Of a stretch of DNA of 32,000 nucleotides, positions 23,772-32,000 are shown piece after piece. Each line of letters opens with the position of its first letter. Positions within the stretch are counted from its first letter, which is position 1. Below the pieces are notes generated by a model that ran no database searches, was not told the origin of the DNA, and saw nothing but the letters and a program-made list of their open reading frames with translations. The position numbers and the translations under genes were made by a program. The stretch spans positions 1,350,001 to 1,382,000 of the forward strand of contig NC_009664.2 in the NCBI RefSeq assembly GCF_000017305.1, read 5' to 3'. This DNA is from Kineococcus radiotolerans SRS30216 = ATCC BAA-149 (lineage in GTDB: Bacteria > Actinomycetota > Actinomycetes > Actinomycetales > Kineococcaceae).

Positions 23772-25034
23772 GTGAGCACCTCGACGGCGGCGTCCCTGCA
23801 GATCACGGCGGCCCGGCCGTACCCCGAGCTCCTGGACCTCCCGTGGGAGGTCCCGCTCGAGGAGTGGCCCGAGGAGCACCTCGCGGCGCTGCCCCGCGGC
23901 ATCTCCCGGCACATCGTCCGCTTCGTCAAGGTGGGCGGCCGGGTCATCGCGGTGAAGGAGACCAACGCGGAGATCGCCCACCGCGAGTACCGGATGCTGC
24001 GCATGCTGAACCGCCTCGACGTGCCCTCCGTGGCGCCGGTGGCCGTCATCACCGGCCGGGTGGACCGCCACGGGGAACCGCTGAACTCGGTGCTCGTCAC
24101 CCGCCACCTGCAGTACTCCCTGCCCTACCGGGCCCTCTACAGCCAGACGCTGCGCCCCGACACCGCCAAGCGGGCCGTCGACGCGCTCGCGGTGCTGCTG
24201 GTGAAGCTGCACCTGACGGGCTTCTACTGGGGCGACGTGTCGCTGTCGAACACCCTCTTCCGCCGCGACGCCGGGGCCTTCGCGGCGTACCTGGTGGACG
24301 CCGAGACCGGGGAGCTCTACGACGAGCTGTCCCCCGGCCAGCGCAACTACGACCTGGACCTGGCCCGCACCAACATCGCCGGCGAGCTCATGGACGTCGT
24401 CGCCTCGGAGGCGCTGGACGCCGACCTCGACGAGGTCATCGCCATCGCCGACCGCATCGTCTCCCGCTACCGCGCGCTGTGGTCGGAGCTGACGGAGGCG
24501 GAGTCGTTCGAGCGCGGTGACCGCTGGCGCGTGGAGGCCCGCATCCGCCGCCTCAACGACCTCGGGTTCGACGTCGGCGAGCTGGCCATCACGACCGACA
24601 TCGACGGGACCTCGGTGCGCATCGAGCCGAAGGTCGTCGACGCGGGGCACCACTCCCGGCGGTTGCTGCGGCTGACCGGTCTGGACGCGGAGGAGAACCA
24701 GGCGCGGCGCCTGCTCAACGACCTGGACTCCTACACCGCGGCCACCGACCGCCAGGGCGAGGACGAGGAGATCGTCGCCCACGACTGGATGGCCGACGTC
24801 TTCGAACCGGTGCAGCGGGCCGTCCCCCGCGAGATGCGGGGCAAGCTGGAGGCTGCTGAACTGTTCCACGAGGTCCTGGAGCACCGCTGGTACCTCTCCG
24901 AGCGGGCCGGCCGCGACGTCGGCCTGGAGGAGGCGGTGAACTCCTACGTGGTGGGCGTCCTGCCCGCCAAGCCCGACGAACGGGCCGTGCTCGGGGTGGA
25001 CACCGAGGCCATCCGGGTCATCGCCGACGACTGA
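23772..25034 (+). CDS. DUF4032-like protein with a kinase-like (LPS-kinase/RIO-type) N-terminal fold, function unknown
   Basis: ORF of about 420 aa. 'LLDLPWEVPLEEWPEEHL', 'VRFVKVGGRVIAVKET', 'EYRMLRML' and 'GFYWGDVSLSNTLFRRDAG' (catalytic-loop-like) are followed by a helical C-terminal region ending 'HRWYLSERAGRDVGLEEAV'. I chose the GTG at 23772 (GAGAGGA 9 nt upstream). ATG at 23763 and GTG at 23727 are alternative starts. Confidence 0.7.
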   Translation: MSTSTAASLQITAARPYPELLDLPWEVPLEEWPEEHLAALPRGISRHIVRFVKVGGRVIAVKETNAEIAHREYRMLRMLNRLDVPSVAPVAVITGRVDRHGEPLNSVLVTRHLQYSLPYRALYSQTLRPDTAKRAVDALAVLLVKLHLTGFYWGDVSLSNTLFRRDAGAFAAYLVDAETGELYDELSPGQRNYDLDLARTNIAGELMDVVASEALDADLDEVIAIADRIVSRYRALWSELTEAESFERGDRWRVEARIRRLNDLGFDVGELAITTDIDGTSVRIEPKVVDAGHHSRRLLRLTGLDAEENQARRLLNDLDSYTAATDRQGEDEEIVAHDWMADVFEPVQRAVPREMRGKLEAAELFHEVLEHRWYLSERAGRDVGLEEAVNSYVVGVLPAKPDERAVLGVDTEAIRVIADD

Positions 25035-25053
25035 ACGTCCCTGGAGGACACCC

Positions 25054-25941
25054 TTGCCCGCTCCTGCGAAACCCCGCGTCGCCCTGACCGGTGCGGCCGG
25101 CCGCCTCGGCCGCGTCGTGCTCCGCGACCTGCTCGACCACGGGTACTCCGTGCTGGCCCTGGACAAGGTCCGGCCGGCGACCCTGCTCCCCGGTGACGAC
25201 GGGCAGTTCGTGCCGATCGACCTCGCCGACCACGGCCAGGTCGTGGAGGCCCTGACCGGGGCCATCGAGGAGCGCCCCGGTCCCTTCGTCGGCGTCGTCC
25301 ACCTGGGCGCGATCCCGGCCCCCGGGCTGGCGCCCAACGCGGTGACGTTCCGGAACAACTCGGCCGCGACCTGGAACGTCTTCGACGCCGCCCGGGCCGC
25401 GGGGATCCGCAACGTGGTCTGGGCCTCCAGCGAGACGGTGCTGGGCCTGCCCTTCGAGGCCGCTCCCCCGCCCTACGCGCCGCTGGACGAGGAGTACCGG
25501 GTCCGTCCGGAGTCGACGTACTCGCTGGTGAAGGCCCTCGAGGAGGAGATGGCGCACCACTTCTGCCGGTGGAACCCCGAGCTGACGATGACGGGCCTGC
25601 GCTTCTCCAACGTCATGCACGTCGAGGACTACGCCCAGTTCCCCTCCTTCGACGCCGACCCGACGCTGCGCAAGTGGAACCTGTGGGGCTACATCGACGC
25701 CCGGGACGGCGCGCAGGCGGTGCGGTTGTCCCTGCAGCGGCGGGAGCCGGGGGTGGAGGTGTGCATCGTGGCGAACGCCGACACGGTGATGTCGCGCTCC
25801 TCGGCGGAGCTGATGGCCGAGGTGTACCCCGGGGTCGAGGTGCGCCGGGAGCTCGGTGAGCACGAGACCCTGCTGTCGATCGACAAGGCTCGCCGGCTGC
25901 TCGGCTTCGAACCCGAGCACTCCTGGCGCGACCACGTCTGA
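25054..25941 (+). CDS. NAD-dependent epimerase/dehydratase-family (extended SDR) protein
   Basis: 295 aa. TTG start at 25054 with GGAGGA 5 nt upstream. The Rossmann motif is 'VALTGAAGRLGRVV'. 'YSLVKALEE' supplies the YxxxK catalytic pair. Confidence 0.8.
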   Translation: MPAPAKPRVALTGAAGRLGRVVLRDLLDHGYSVLALDKVRPATLLPGDDGQFVPIDLADHGQVVEALTGAIEERPGPFVGVVHLGAIPAPGLAPNAVTFRNNSAATWNVFDAARAAGIRNVVWASSETVLGLPFEAAPPPYAPLDEEYRVRPESTYSLVKALEEEMAHHFCRWNPELTMTGLRFSNVMHVEDYAQFPSFDADPTLRKWNLWGYIDARDGAQAVRLSLQRREPGVEVCIVANADTVMSRSSAELMAEVYPGVEVRRELGEHETLLSIDKARRLLGFEPEHSWRDHV

Positions 25942-25972
25942 CCCTCCCCGCCCGCCGGGTCGGACCCCCGGG

Positions 25973-26473
25973 TCAGACCTGGCGGGCCAGGGCGGTCGCG
26001 GCGAACTTCGCGTCCGGGTCGAGGACGTCGAGCATCTTCGTCATCGTCGCGTCGAGGTCGGCGAGGTCCTCGGGGGCGAGGGGGTCGAAGACGAGCTGCC
26101 GGACGCGTTCGACGTGGCCGGGGGCGGAGGCGACGACCTTCTCGTAGCCGCTGTCGGTGAGCACGGCCACCTGACCGCGGCCGTCGGAGGCGCTCCGCTC
26201 GCGCCGGACCCAGCCGTCGCGCTCCAGCCGGCTCACGACGTGGGAGATCCGCGAGGGGCTGGCGTTGGAGCGGGCGCCGAGCTCGCTCATCCGCAGGCTG
26301 CGCGAGGGTTCCTCCGACAGCATCGCCAGGGTGAGGTAGGCGGTCTTGGTGAGGTCGGCGTCGCGCTGGAGCTGGGCGTCGAGCGCAGCGGGGAGGAGTT
26401 CCATGAGCGCGCTCAGCCGCAGCCACACCCGGCGTTCGTCGGCGGACAGCCAGCGGGGGCTCTGATCGTTCAT
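25973..26473 (-). CDS. MarR-family transcriptional regulator
   Basis: 166 aa. The winged HTH is 'LRMSELGARSNASPSRISHVVSRLERDGWVRRERSASDGRGQVAVLTDSG'. Confidence 0.9.
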   Translation of the reverse strand: MNDQSPRWLSADERRVWLRLSALMELLPAALDAQLQRDADLTKTAYLTLAMLSEEPSRSLRMSELGARSNASPSRISHVVSRLERDGWVRRERSASDGRGQVAVLTDSGYEKVVASAPGHVERVRQLVFDPLAPEDLADLDATMTKMLDVLDPDAKFAATALARQV

Positions 26474-26479
26474 CCCGCC

Positions 26480-26514
26480 ATGGTAGCAGATAGTTGCAGA
26501 TTAAAATAGTCTGC
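26480..26514 (-). promoter_or_regulatory. AT-rich promoter/operator of the marR-like gene (probable leaderless start)
   Basis: This is the only AT-rich patch in the window. Minus strand reads GCAGACTATTTTAATCTGCAACTATCTGC-TACCAT-ggcggg-ATG. The -10-like TACCAT (26485-26480) ends 6 nt before the ATG. The inverted repeat GCAGA(N9)TCTGC and the direct repeat ATCTGC x2 overlap the -35/spacer. Confidence 0.5.
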
Positions 26515-26567
26515 GTCCGCGGGACGGCCCGGCCCAGCCCGGCCGGACCCTCCCGCGGGCCCCCCGC

Positions 26568-27533
26568 TCAGCGGTGGCGGGCGACCTCGTACAGCGCGAT
26601 GCCCGCGGCGACACCCGCGTTCAGCGACTCGAAGGCACCGGCCATCGGGATGCTGACGACCTGGTCGCACTTCTCCCGCACCAGCCGCGACAGCCCCGCG
26701 CCCTCGGCCCCGACGACGAGGACGAGCGGACCGTCGGCGAGCTTGAGCTGCGGGAGCAGGACGTCGCCCTCCGCGTCGAGACCCACGACGAACAACCCGG
26801 CCTTCTGGTACTCCTCGATGGCGCGGACGAGGTTCGTCGCGCGCGCCACCGGGGTGCGGGCCGCCGCCCCGGCCGACGTCTTCCACGCCGAGGCGGTCAT
26901 GCCGGCCGCGCGACGCTCGGGGACGACGACGCCGTGCCCGCCGAACGCGGCGACCGAGCGGACGACCGCCCCGAGGTTGCGCGGGTCGGTCACCCCGTCG
27001 AGGGCGACGACCAGCGCCGGGCGACCGGAGTCCGCGGCGCGGTCCAGCAGGTCCATCGGGTGGGCGTAGTCGTAGGGCGGGACGGTGGCCGCGACGCCCT
27101 GGTGGACGGCGTTCTCGGTGTGGCGGTCGAGGTCCTGGCGGGAGGCCTCCAGCAGCGGGATGCCCTTGTCGCCCGCCGCGGCGAGGATCTCCTTGACCCG
27201 CTCGTCCGTCTCGATGCGCGAGGCGACGTAGATGCCGGTGATCGGCAGTTCCGCGCGCAGCGCCTCGACGATGGAGTTCCGGCCCGCGATCCACTCGGTC
27301 TCACCGGCCGGCTTGCGCCGCGCCGGCGGACGACCGCCGGGGCGGCCGTTCGTCGTGGCCGCCTTGTGCGCGGCCTTGGCCGCCGCCTTCGCCGCCGGGT
27401 GGTACGGGCGCTCGCTCGCCTTCGGCGTCGGGCCCCGCCCCTCCAGGCTGCGGCGGTTCTTGCCGCCGGAACCGACGGTCGGACCCTTCTTGCCCTTGCT
27501 GACAGCGCCGCGACGCTGGGAGTTCCCTGCCAC
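26568..27533 (-). CDS. rlmB: 23S rRNA (guanosine-2'-O)-methyltransferase, SpoU/TrmH family
   Basis: 321 aa with a basic Gly/Lys/Arg/Ala-rich N-terminal tail. Motifs: '[16 protein letters not shown]', '[10 protein letters not shown]' and '[22 protein letters not shown]'. Its GTG start overlaps the cysS stop by 1 nt (TAGTG at 27531-27535). Confidence 0.88.
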   Translation of the reverse strand: MAGNSQRRGAVSKGKKGPTVGSGGKNRRSLEGRGPTPKASERPYHPAAKAAAKAAHKAATTNGRPGGRPPARRKPAGETEWIAGRNSIVEALRAELPITGIYVASRIETDERVKEILAAAGDKGIPLLEASRQDLDRHTENAVHQGVAATVPPYDYAHPMDLLDRAADSGRPALVVALDGVTDPRNLGAVVRSVAAFGGHGVVVPERRAAGMTASAWKTSAGAAARTPVARATNLVRAIEEYQKAGLFVVGLDAEGDVLLPQLKLADGPLVLVVGAEGAGLSRLVREKCDQVVSIPMAGAFESLNAGVAAGIALYEVARHR

Positions 27534-28948
27534 TACTGCTCACCCTCCAGAGCCCACCGTGCCCCGGTGGGGGTGTCCTCGATCACGATGCCCGCGCTCT
27601 TCAGGGAGTCGCGCACCGCGTCGGCGGTGGCGAAGTCCTTCGTGGCGCGAGCGGTTGCCCGGTCCTCCAGCCGAGCACGCACCAGCACGTCCAGTGCGGT
27701 GCGCGCGGCGTCGGAACCGGTGGTCTGCGACGCCCAGGGTTCGGCGAACGGGTCCAGCCCCAGCACGTCGAGGCCGGCGCGCAGCTGCCCGGCGGCCGTG
27801 CGCAGCGCCGCCTCGTCGCCGGCGGCGAGGGCGGAGTTCCCGGCGCGGGCGGTCTCGTGCAGGACCGCGAGCGCCGTGGGGGTCGCCAGGTCGTCGTCCA
27901 TCGCGGCGGCGAACGCCGCGGGGACCTCCCCCGCCGCGAGCCCGCCGAGGCGCTCGGCGGCCCGGCGCAGGAGACCCTCCAGCCGCGAGTAGGCGGCCTC
28001 GGCCTCCACCAGGGAGTTCTCGGAGTGCTCCAGGTGCGTGCGGTAGTGCCCGGAGACGAGGTAGTAGCGCAGCACGACCGCGCGGTGGGTCTCCAGCAGG
28101 TGCGGGACGCCGAGGACGTTGCCGAGGGACTTGCTCATCTTCTCGCCCGACATGGTGACGAAGTGGTTGTGCAGCCAGAAGTTCGCGAAGCCGTCGCCCG
28201 CGGCGCGCGACTGGGCCTGCTCGTTCTCGTGGTGGGGGAAGCGCAGGTCCAGGCCGCCGCCGTGGACGTCGAAGCGCGGGCCGAGGTAGCGACCGGCCAT
28301 CGCCGAGCACTCCAGGTGCCAGCCGGGCCGGCCGCGGCCCCACGGGGTCGCCCAGGACGCCGTCGCCGGCTCCCCGGGCTTGGCGCCCTTCCAGAGGGCG
28401 AAGTCGCGGGGGTCGCGCTTGCCGCGGGGGTCGGCGTCGGCGGCCGGCTCCATGTCGTCGAGGCGCTGGTGGGTCAGCTCCCCGTAGGCCGGCCAGGACC
28501 GGACGTCGAAGTAGACGTCGCCGGAGCCGTCGGCGGCCGCGTAGGCGTGCCCGCGCTCGACCAGCCGCTGGATCAGCTCGACCATCTCGGGGACGTGGCC
28601 GGTGGCGCGCGGCTCGACGGTGGGGGGCAGGACGCCGAGGGCGGCGTAGGCGGCGGAGAACTCGCGCTCGAAGCGGTAGGCGTGGGCCCACCACTCCGTG
28701 CCCGCCTCGGCGGCCTTGGCGAGGATCTTGTCGTCGATGTCGGTGACGTTGCGGACCAGCGTCACCTCGTACCCGCTGCGCACCAGCCAGCGGCGCAGGA
28801 CGTCGAAGACGACCTGGGCGCGGACGTGGCCGAGGTGGGGTGACCCCTGCGGCGTGGCGCCGCAGACGTAGATGCCGACCTGCCCGGGGACGAGCGGCGC
28901 GAACTCGCGCACCGCGCCGGCGGCGCTGTCGTGCAGGTGGAGGGTCAC
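27533..28948 (-). CDS. cysS: Cysteine--tRNA ligase
   Basis: 471 aa with GTG at 28948. Motifs: '[16 protein letters not shown]' (HIGH-type), '[12 protein letters not shown]', '[15 protein letters not shown]' and an exact 'KMSKS'. The C-terminal anticodon-binding region ends '[16 protein letters not shown]'. The 5' part of track ORF 27533..30004 is an artefact. Confidence 0.93.
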
Positions 28949-29005
28949 GGGCTCCAGGCTACCGGGGCGCGCCGCCTGTCCGGGGCCGTCGCTAGGGTCG
29001 TCCCC

Positions 29006-30124
29006 ATGGCCTGGACCGTTCCCGGAGTGATCTCGCGCGCCAAGGGCGCCCCCGTCGAGACCGTCGACATCGTGGTGCCCGAGCCGATCGCGGGCGAGGT
29101 CGTCGTCGACGTCGCCGCGTGCGGGGTCTGCCACACCGACCTGCACTACCGCGAGGGCGGGATCAACGACGACTACCCCTTCCTCCTCGGCCACGAGGCC
29201 GCCGGCACCGTCGCGCAGGTCGGCGAGGGCGTCACGAACGTCGCCGTCGGCGACGCCGTCGTCCTCAACTGGCGCGCGGTGTGCGGGGAGTGCCGGGCGT
29301 GCAAGCGCGGGCGCCCGCAGTACTGCTTCGCCACCCGCAACGCGAGCCAGAAGATGACGCTGACCGACGGCACCCCGCTCTCCCCCGCCCTGGGCATCGG
29401 CGCCTTCACCCCCAAGACCCTCGTCGCCGCCGGTCAGGCCACCAGGATCGACACCTCGATCTACGACGGCTCCACCACCGGCTTCGACCCCGCCGTCGCG
29501 GGCCTGCTGGGGTGCGGGGTCATGGCCGGCATCGGGGCCGCGGTCAACACCGCCCCCGTGCAGCGCGGGGACACCGTCGCCGTCATCGGCTGCGGCGGCG
29601 TGGGGTGCGCGGCGATCGCCGGGGCCGTCCTGGCCGGGGCGCGCCGGGTCATCGCCGTCGACCTCGACGACCGGAAGCTGGCCTGGGCGCGGCAGCTCGG
29701 GGCGACCCACACCGTCAACTCGCGCGGGCTCTCCGAGGACGAGGTCGTGAAGGCCGTCCAGGACCTCACCGACTCTTTCGGCGCCGACGTCGTCATCGAC
29801 GCCGTGGGCCGCCCGGAGACCTGGCGGCAGGCGTTCTACGCCCGCGACCTCGCCGGCACCGTCGTCCTCGTCGGGGTCCCCACCCCGGACATGCAGCTGC
29901 AGGTGCCGCTGCTGGACGTCTTCGGGCGCGGCGGGGCGCTGAAGTCCTCCTGGTACGGCGACTGCCTGCCCGAGCGGGACTTCCCGGCGCTGCTGGAGCT
30001 GCACGCCGACGGCCGCCTGCCCCTGGACGCGTTCGTCTCCGAGCGCATCGGCCTCGGCGACGTCGAGGAGGCCTTCGCCACCATGAAGGCCGGCGGGGTC
30101 CTGCGCAGCGTGGTGGTCCTGTGA
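29006..30124 (+). CDS. mscR: S-(hydroxymethyl)mycothiol dehydrogenase / S-nitrosomycothiol reductase-type Zn alcohol dehydrogenase
   Basis: 372 aa. '[30 protein letters not shown]', the structural-Zn cluster '[15 protein letters not shown]' and the Rossmann motif '[12 protein letters not shown]' closely resemble my recollection of mycobacterial MscR/AdhE2. Confidence 0.85.
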   Translation: MAWTVPGVISRAKGAPVETVDIVVPEPIAGEVVVDVAACGVCHTDLHYREGGINDDYPFLLGHEAAGTVAQVGEGVTNVAVGDAVVLNWRAVCGECRACKRGRPQYCFATRNASQKMTLTDGTPLSPALGIGAFTPKTLVAAGQATRIDTSIYDGSTTGFDPAVAGLLGCGVMAGIGAAVNTAPVQRGDTVAVIGCGGVGCAAIAGAVLAGARRVIAVDLDDRKLAWARQLGATHTVNSRGLSEDEVVKAVQDLTDSFGADVVIDAVGRPETWRQAFYARDLAGTVVLVGVPTPDMQLQVPLLDVFGRGGALKSSWYGDCLPERDFPALLELHADGRLPLDAFVSERIGLGDVEEAFATMKAGGVLRSVVVL

Positions 30125-30762
30125 GCGCCCGGATCGAGCACCTCGTCACGTCGGGCACGTTCAGCCTCGACGGGCAGACCTTCGACGTGGACAACAACGT
30201 GTGGATCGTCGGCGACGACCGCGAGGTCGTCGTCCTCGACGCCCCCCACGACGTGGACGTCATCGCCGCCGCGATCGGCGAGCGCACGCTGCTGGCCGTC
30301 CTGTGCACCCACGCCCACGACGACCACGTCCGGCGGGCCCCCGCCCTGGCCGGGAGGTTCAGCACCCCCGAGCGGCGGGTGCCGGTCCTGCTGCACCCCG
30401 CCGACCGCGAGGTCTGGGACCTCACCCACCCCGGGGTGGCCACCACCGACCTCTCGAACGGGGAGGTCGTGACCGTGGCCGGGACGGAGCTGCACGTCCT
30501 GCACACCCCCGGGCACACCCCGGGCGCGGTCAGCGTCTACGCGCCGGAGCTCTCGACGGTCTTCACCGGCGACACCCTCTTCGCCGGCGGGCCCGGGGCC
30601 ACGGGCCGCTCGTTCTCGGACTTCGCCACGATCGTCGACTCGATCCGCGACGTCCTCTTCGAGCTGCCCGCCGACACCCGCGTCCACACCGGCCACGGCG
30701 AGGACACCACGATCGGCGACGAGTCCCCGCACCTGCAGGAGTGGATCGCCCGCGGGCACTGA
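30121..30762 (+). CDS. MBL-fold metallo-hydrolase (the conserved partner of mscR; possible S-formylmycothiol hydrolase)
   Basis: 213 aa. Its GTG overlaps the mscR stop (GTGA at 30121-30124). The metal motif is 'CTHAHDDH'. Other motifs: 'HTPGHTPG', 'GDTLF' and 'HTGHG'. Confidence 0.85.
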   Translation: MSARIEHLVTSGTFSLDGQTFDVDNNVWIVGDDREVVVLDAPHDVDVIAAAIGERTLLAVLCTHAHDDHVRRAPALAGRFSTPERRVPVLLHPADREVWDLTHPGVATTDLSNGEVVTVAGTELHVLHTPGHTPGAVSVYAPELSTVFTGDTLFAGGPGATGRSFSDFATIVDSIRDVLFELPADTRVHTGHGEDTTIGDESPHLQEWIARGH

Positions 30763-30772
30763 GGCGCCCGGC

Positions 30773-31834
30773 TCAGGACGGGGCGGACCCCGGCCGGTCG
30801 TCGGCGGCCTCGGCGACGATCCGGTCGGCGAGCTCGGCGCCGTAGCGCTCGCGCACGCGCCCGCGCACCTCGGCGTCGCCCTGCGGCACCGGCTCGAGGA
30901 ACACCTCGGCGACGTCGGGGAACCGCTCGCGCAGCGTGCGGCCGATGCGGACGGTGGCCCGCTCCACCTCGGCGCCGGTCAGGGTGTCGACGAGGTCCAG
31001 GCGGGCGCAGACCAGGACCTGGTCGGTGCCCAGCTGGACCGTCAGCAGGTCCACCACCGCCTCGACCTCCGGCTCGTCGCCGAGGTGGACGAGGACGGAG
31101 CTCACCAGCCGCGGATCGGCCTGGACCCCGGTGAGCAGGCGCATGTTCGTCCGTGCCAGCCGGACCGCGACGAGGGCCAGCAGCAGCGCGATGCAGAGGC
31201 TGGCGATCCCGTCGTAGACCCCCGAGCCGGTGACCTGGTGCATCGCGGTGCCCGCGCCGGCCAGCAGCAGCCCGGCCAGCGCGGCGCTGTCCTCGAACAC
31301 GACCGTGGTCGCGGTGGGGTCGTCGGTGGTGCGCAGGAACTCGCGGAAGCCCTGCCGCTTCTCCCGGGCCTCCCCCCGCGTCTGCTTCAGGCCCTTCAGC
31401 AGCGAGGAGCCCTCCAGGACGAAGGCGACGGCCAGCACGACGTAGGAGACCAGCGGGCTCTCCAGGTCGTGCGACTCCGACGTCAGCGCCTCCACGCCCT
31501 CGTAGGCGGAGTACAGCGCGCCGGTGACGAAGATCGAGCCGGCGGCGACCAGGGCCCAGAAGTAGCGGGCCCGGCCGTAGCCGAGGGGGTGCTCGCGGTC
31601 GGCGGGGCGGGCGCTGGTGCGCAGGGCCGTCAGCAGGAACACCTCGTTGACGGTGTCGGCCACCGAGTGCGCGGTCTCCGCGGCCATGGCCGCGGAGCCC
31701 GTGACGACCGCCGCGACGCCCTTGGCGACGGCGATGAGGGCGTTGGCGCCGAGGGCGACCAGGACGGTGGCGGTGCTCTCGCCACCGCCGGTTCCCGGGC
31801 TCCGGTGGTTCGTCGGGGAAACGGTCGAGGACAC
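30773..31834 (-). CDS. Cation diffusion facilitator (CDF) family metal efflux transporter
   Basis: 353 aa with GTG at 31834. Motifs: 'AMAAETAHSVADTVNE' (HxxxD site), 'PADREHPLGYGRARYFWAL' and six TM segments. The cytoplasmic C-terminal domain contains 'VEAVVDLLTVQLG'. Confidence 0.85.
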   Translation of the reverse strand: MSSTVSPTNHRSPGTGGGESTATVLVALGANALIAVAKGVAAVVTGSAAMAAETAHSVADTVNEVFLLTALRTSARPADREHPLGYGRARYFWALVAAGSIFVTGALYSAYEGVEALTSESHDLESPLVSYVVLAVAFVLEGSSLLKGLKQTRGEAREKRQGFREFLRTTDDPTATTVVFEDSAALAGLLLAGAGTAMHQVTGSGVYDGIASLCIALLLALVAVRLARTNMRLLTGVQADPRLVSSVLVHLGDEPEVEAVVDLLTVQLGTDQVLVCARLDLVDTLTGAEVERATVRIGRTLRERFPDVAEVFLEPVPQGDAEVRGRVRERYGAELADRIVAEAADDRPGSAPS

Positions 31835-32000
31835 GGCGAGACGCTAGGCCCCCGCCGGGCTCCGCGCGCGCGGAACGGCCCCGCGGACCCCTCCCCGGTC
31901 GCGGGGTGCCCCCTCGCGGTTCTCCTGAGAGCATCCACACCGTGAGCGACCAGCAGGGCGTCCCGCCCACCACCCCACCCGAGACCCCCCGAGAACGGCC

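Noticed and set aside
31835-31941. A possible metal-sensing (czcD/NiCo-type) riboswitch in the leader of the CDF transporter
   Set aside because: The 107-nt region contains GC hairpins (for example CGCGAGGGGGCACCCCGCG on the minus strand). I could not recognise the conserved junction nucleotides of that family. It is likely just promoter/UTR. An Rfam scan would settle it.
31942-32000. A GTG-initiated partial ORF at the window edge (VSDQQGVPPTTPPETPRERP...)
   Set aside because: Only 19 codons are visible and they are Pro/Thr-rich with no motif. That is too little sequence to call a gene or product.

Overview
High-GC (about 73-75%) chromosomal window, most likely from an actinobacterium. Evidence: a SAM-IV riboswitch, a mycothiol-dependent dehydrogenase with its MBL partner, otsA-otsB, a cysS-rlmB pair, GTG-rich starts and many 4-nt stop/start overlaps. 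I call about 31 protein genes. I found no tRNA or rRNA genes, CRISPR arrays, or transposase/integrase-like ORFs. The notable part is the first ~13.5 kb, a sulfur/methionine island with three SAM riboswitches of two structural classes. (1) A SAM-I aptamer on the minus strand (about 1512-1608) leads metF-metE. (2) A SAM-IV aptamer on the plus strand (1757-1870), in the same divergent intergenic region, leads a cysteine-desulfurase-like PLP enzyme plus a rhodanese. (3) A second SAM-I aptamer (about 7722-7820, plus strand) leads a four-gene operon: an uncharacterised 692-aa FAD/NAD(P)-binding protein coupled by stop/start overlap to a polar-amino-acid ABC importer (permease, ATPase, lipoprotein binding protein). 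Between and beside these units lie a tandem pair of NtaA/DszA-type flavin monooxygenase paralogues, an orphan ATP-grasp ligase and a flavin reductase. Together these look like an organosulfur-scavenging and methionine-supply module; that functional reading is inference. The rest of the window is mostly housekeeping or accessory: an MpaB-like protein, GNAT, LacI regulator, Ser/Thr kinase, otsAB, a KhtT/KhtU-like K+/H+ antiporter pair, msiK-like sugar ABC ATPase, DUF4032-like protein, SDR epimerase, MarR, rlmB, cysS, mscR plus MBL hydrolase, and a CDF transporter. Many very long ORFs in the supplied track are antisense or out-of-frame artefacts of the GC content and are rejected. All RNA-family and protein-family calls come from reading the sequence and recalling motifs. 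None has been run through Infernal, HMMER or BLAST.
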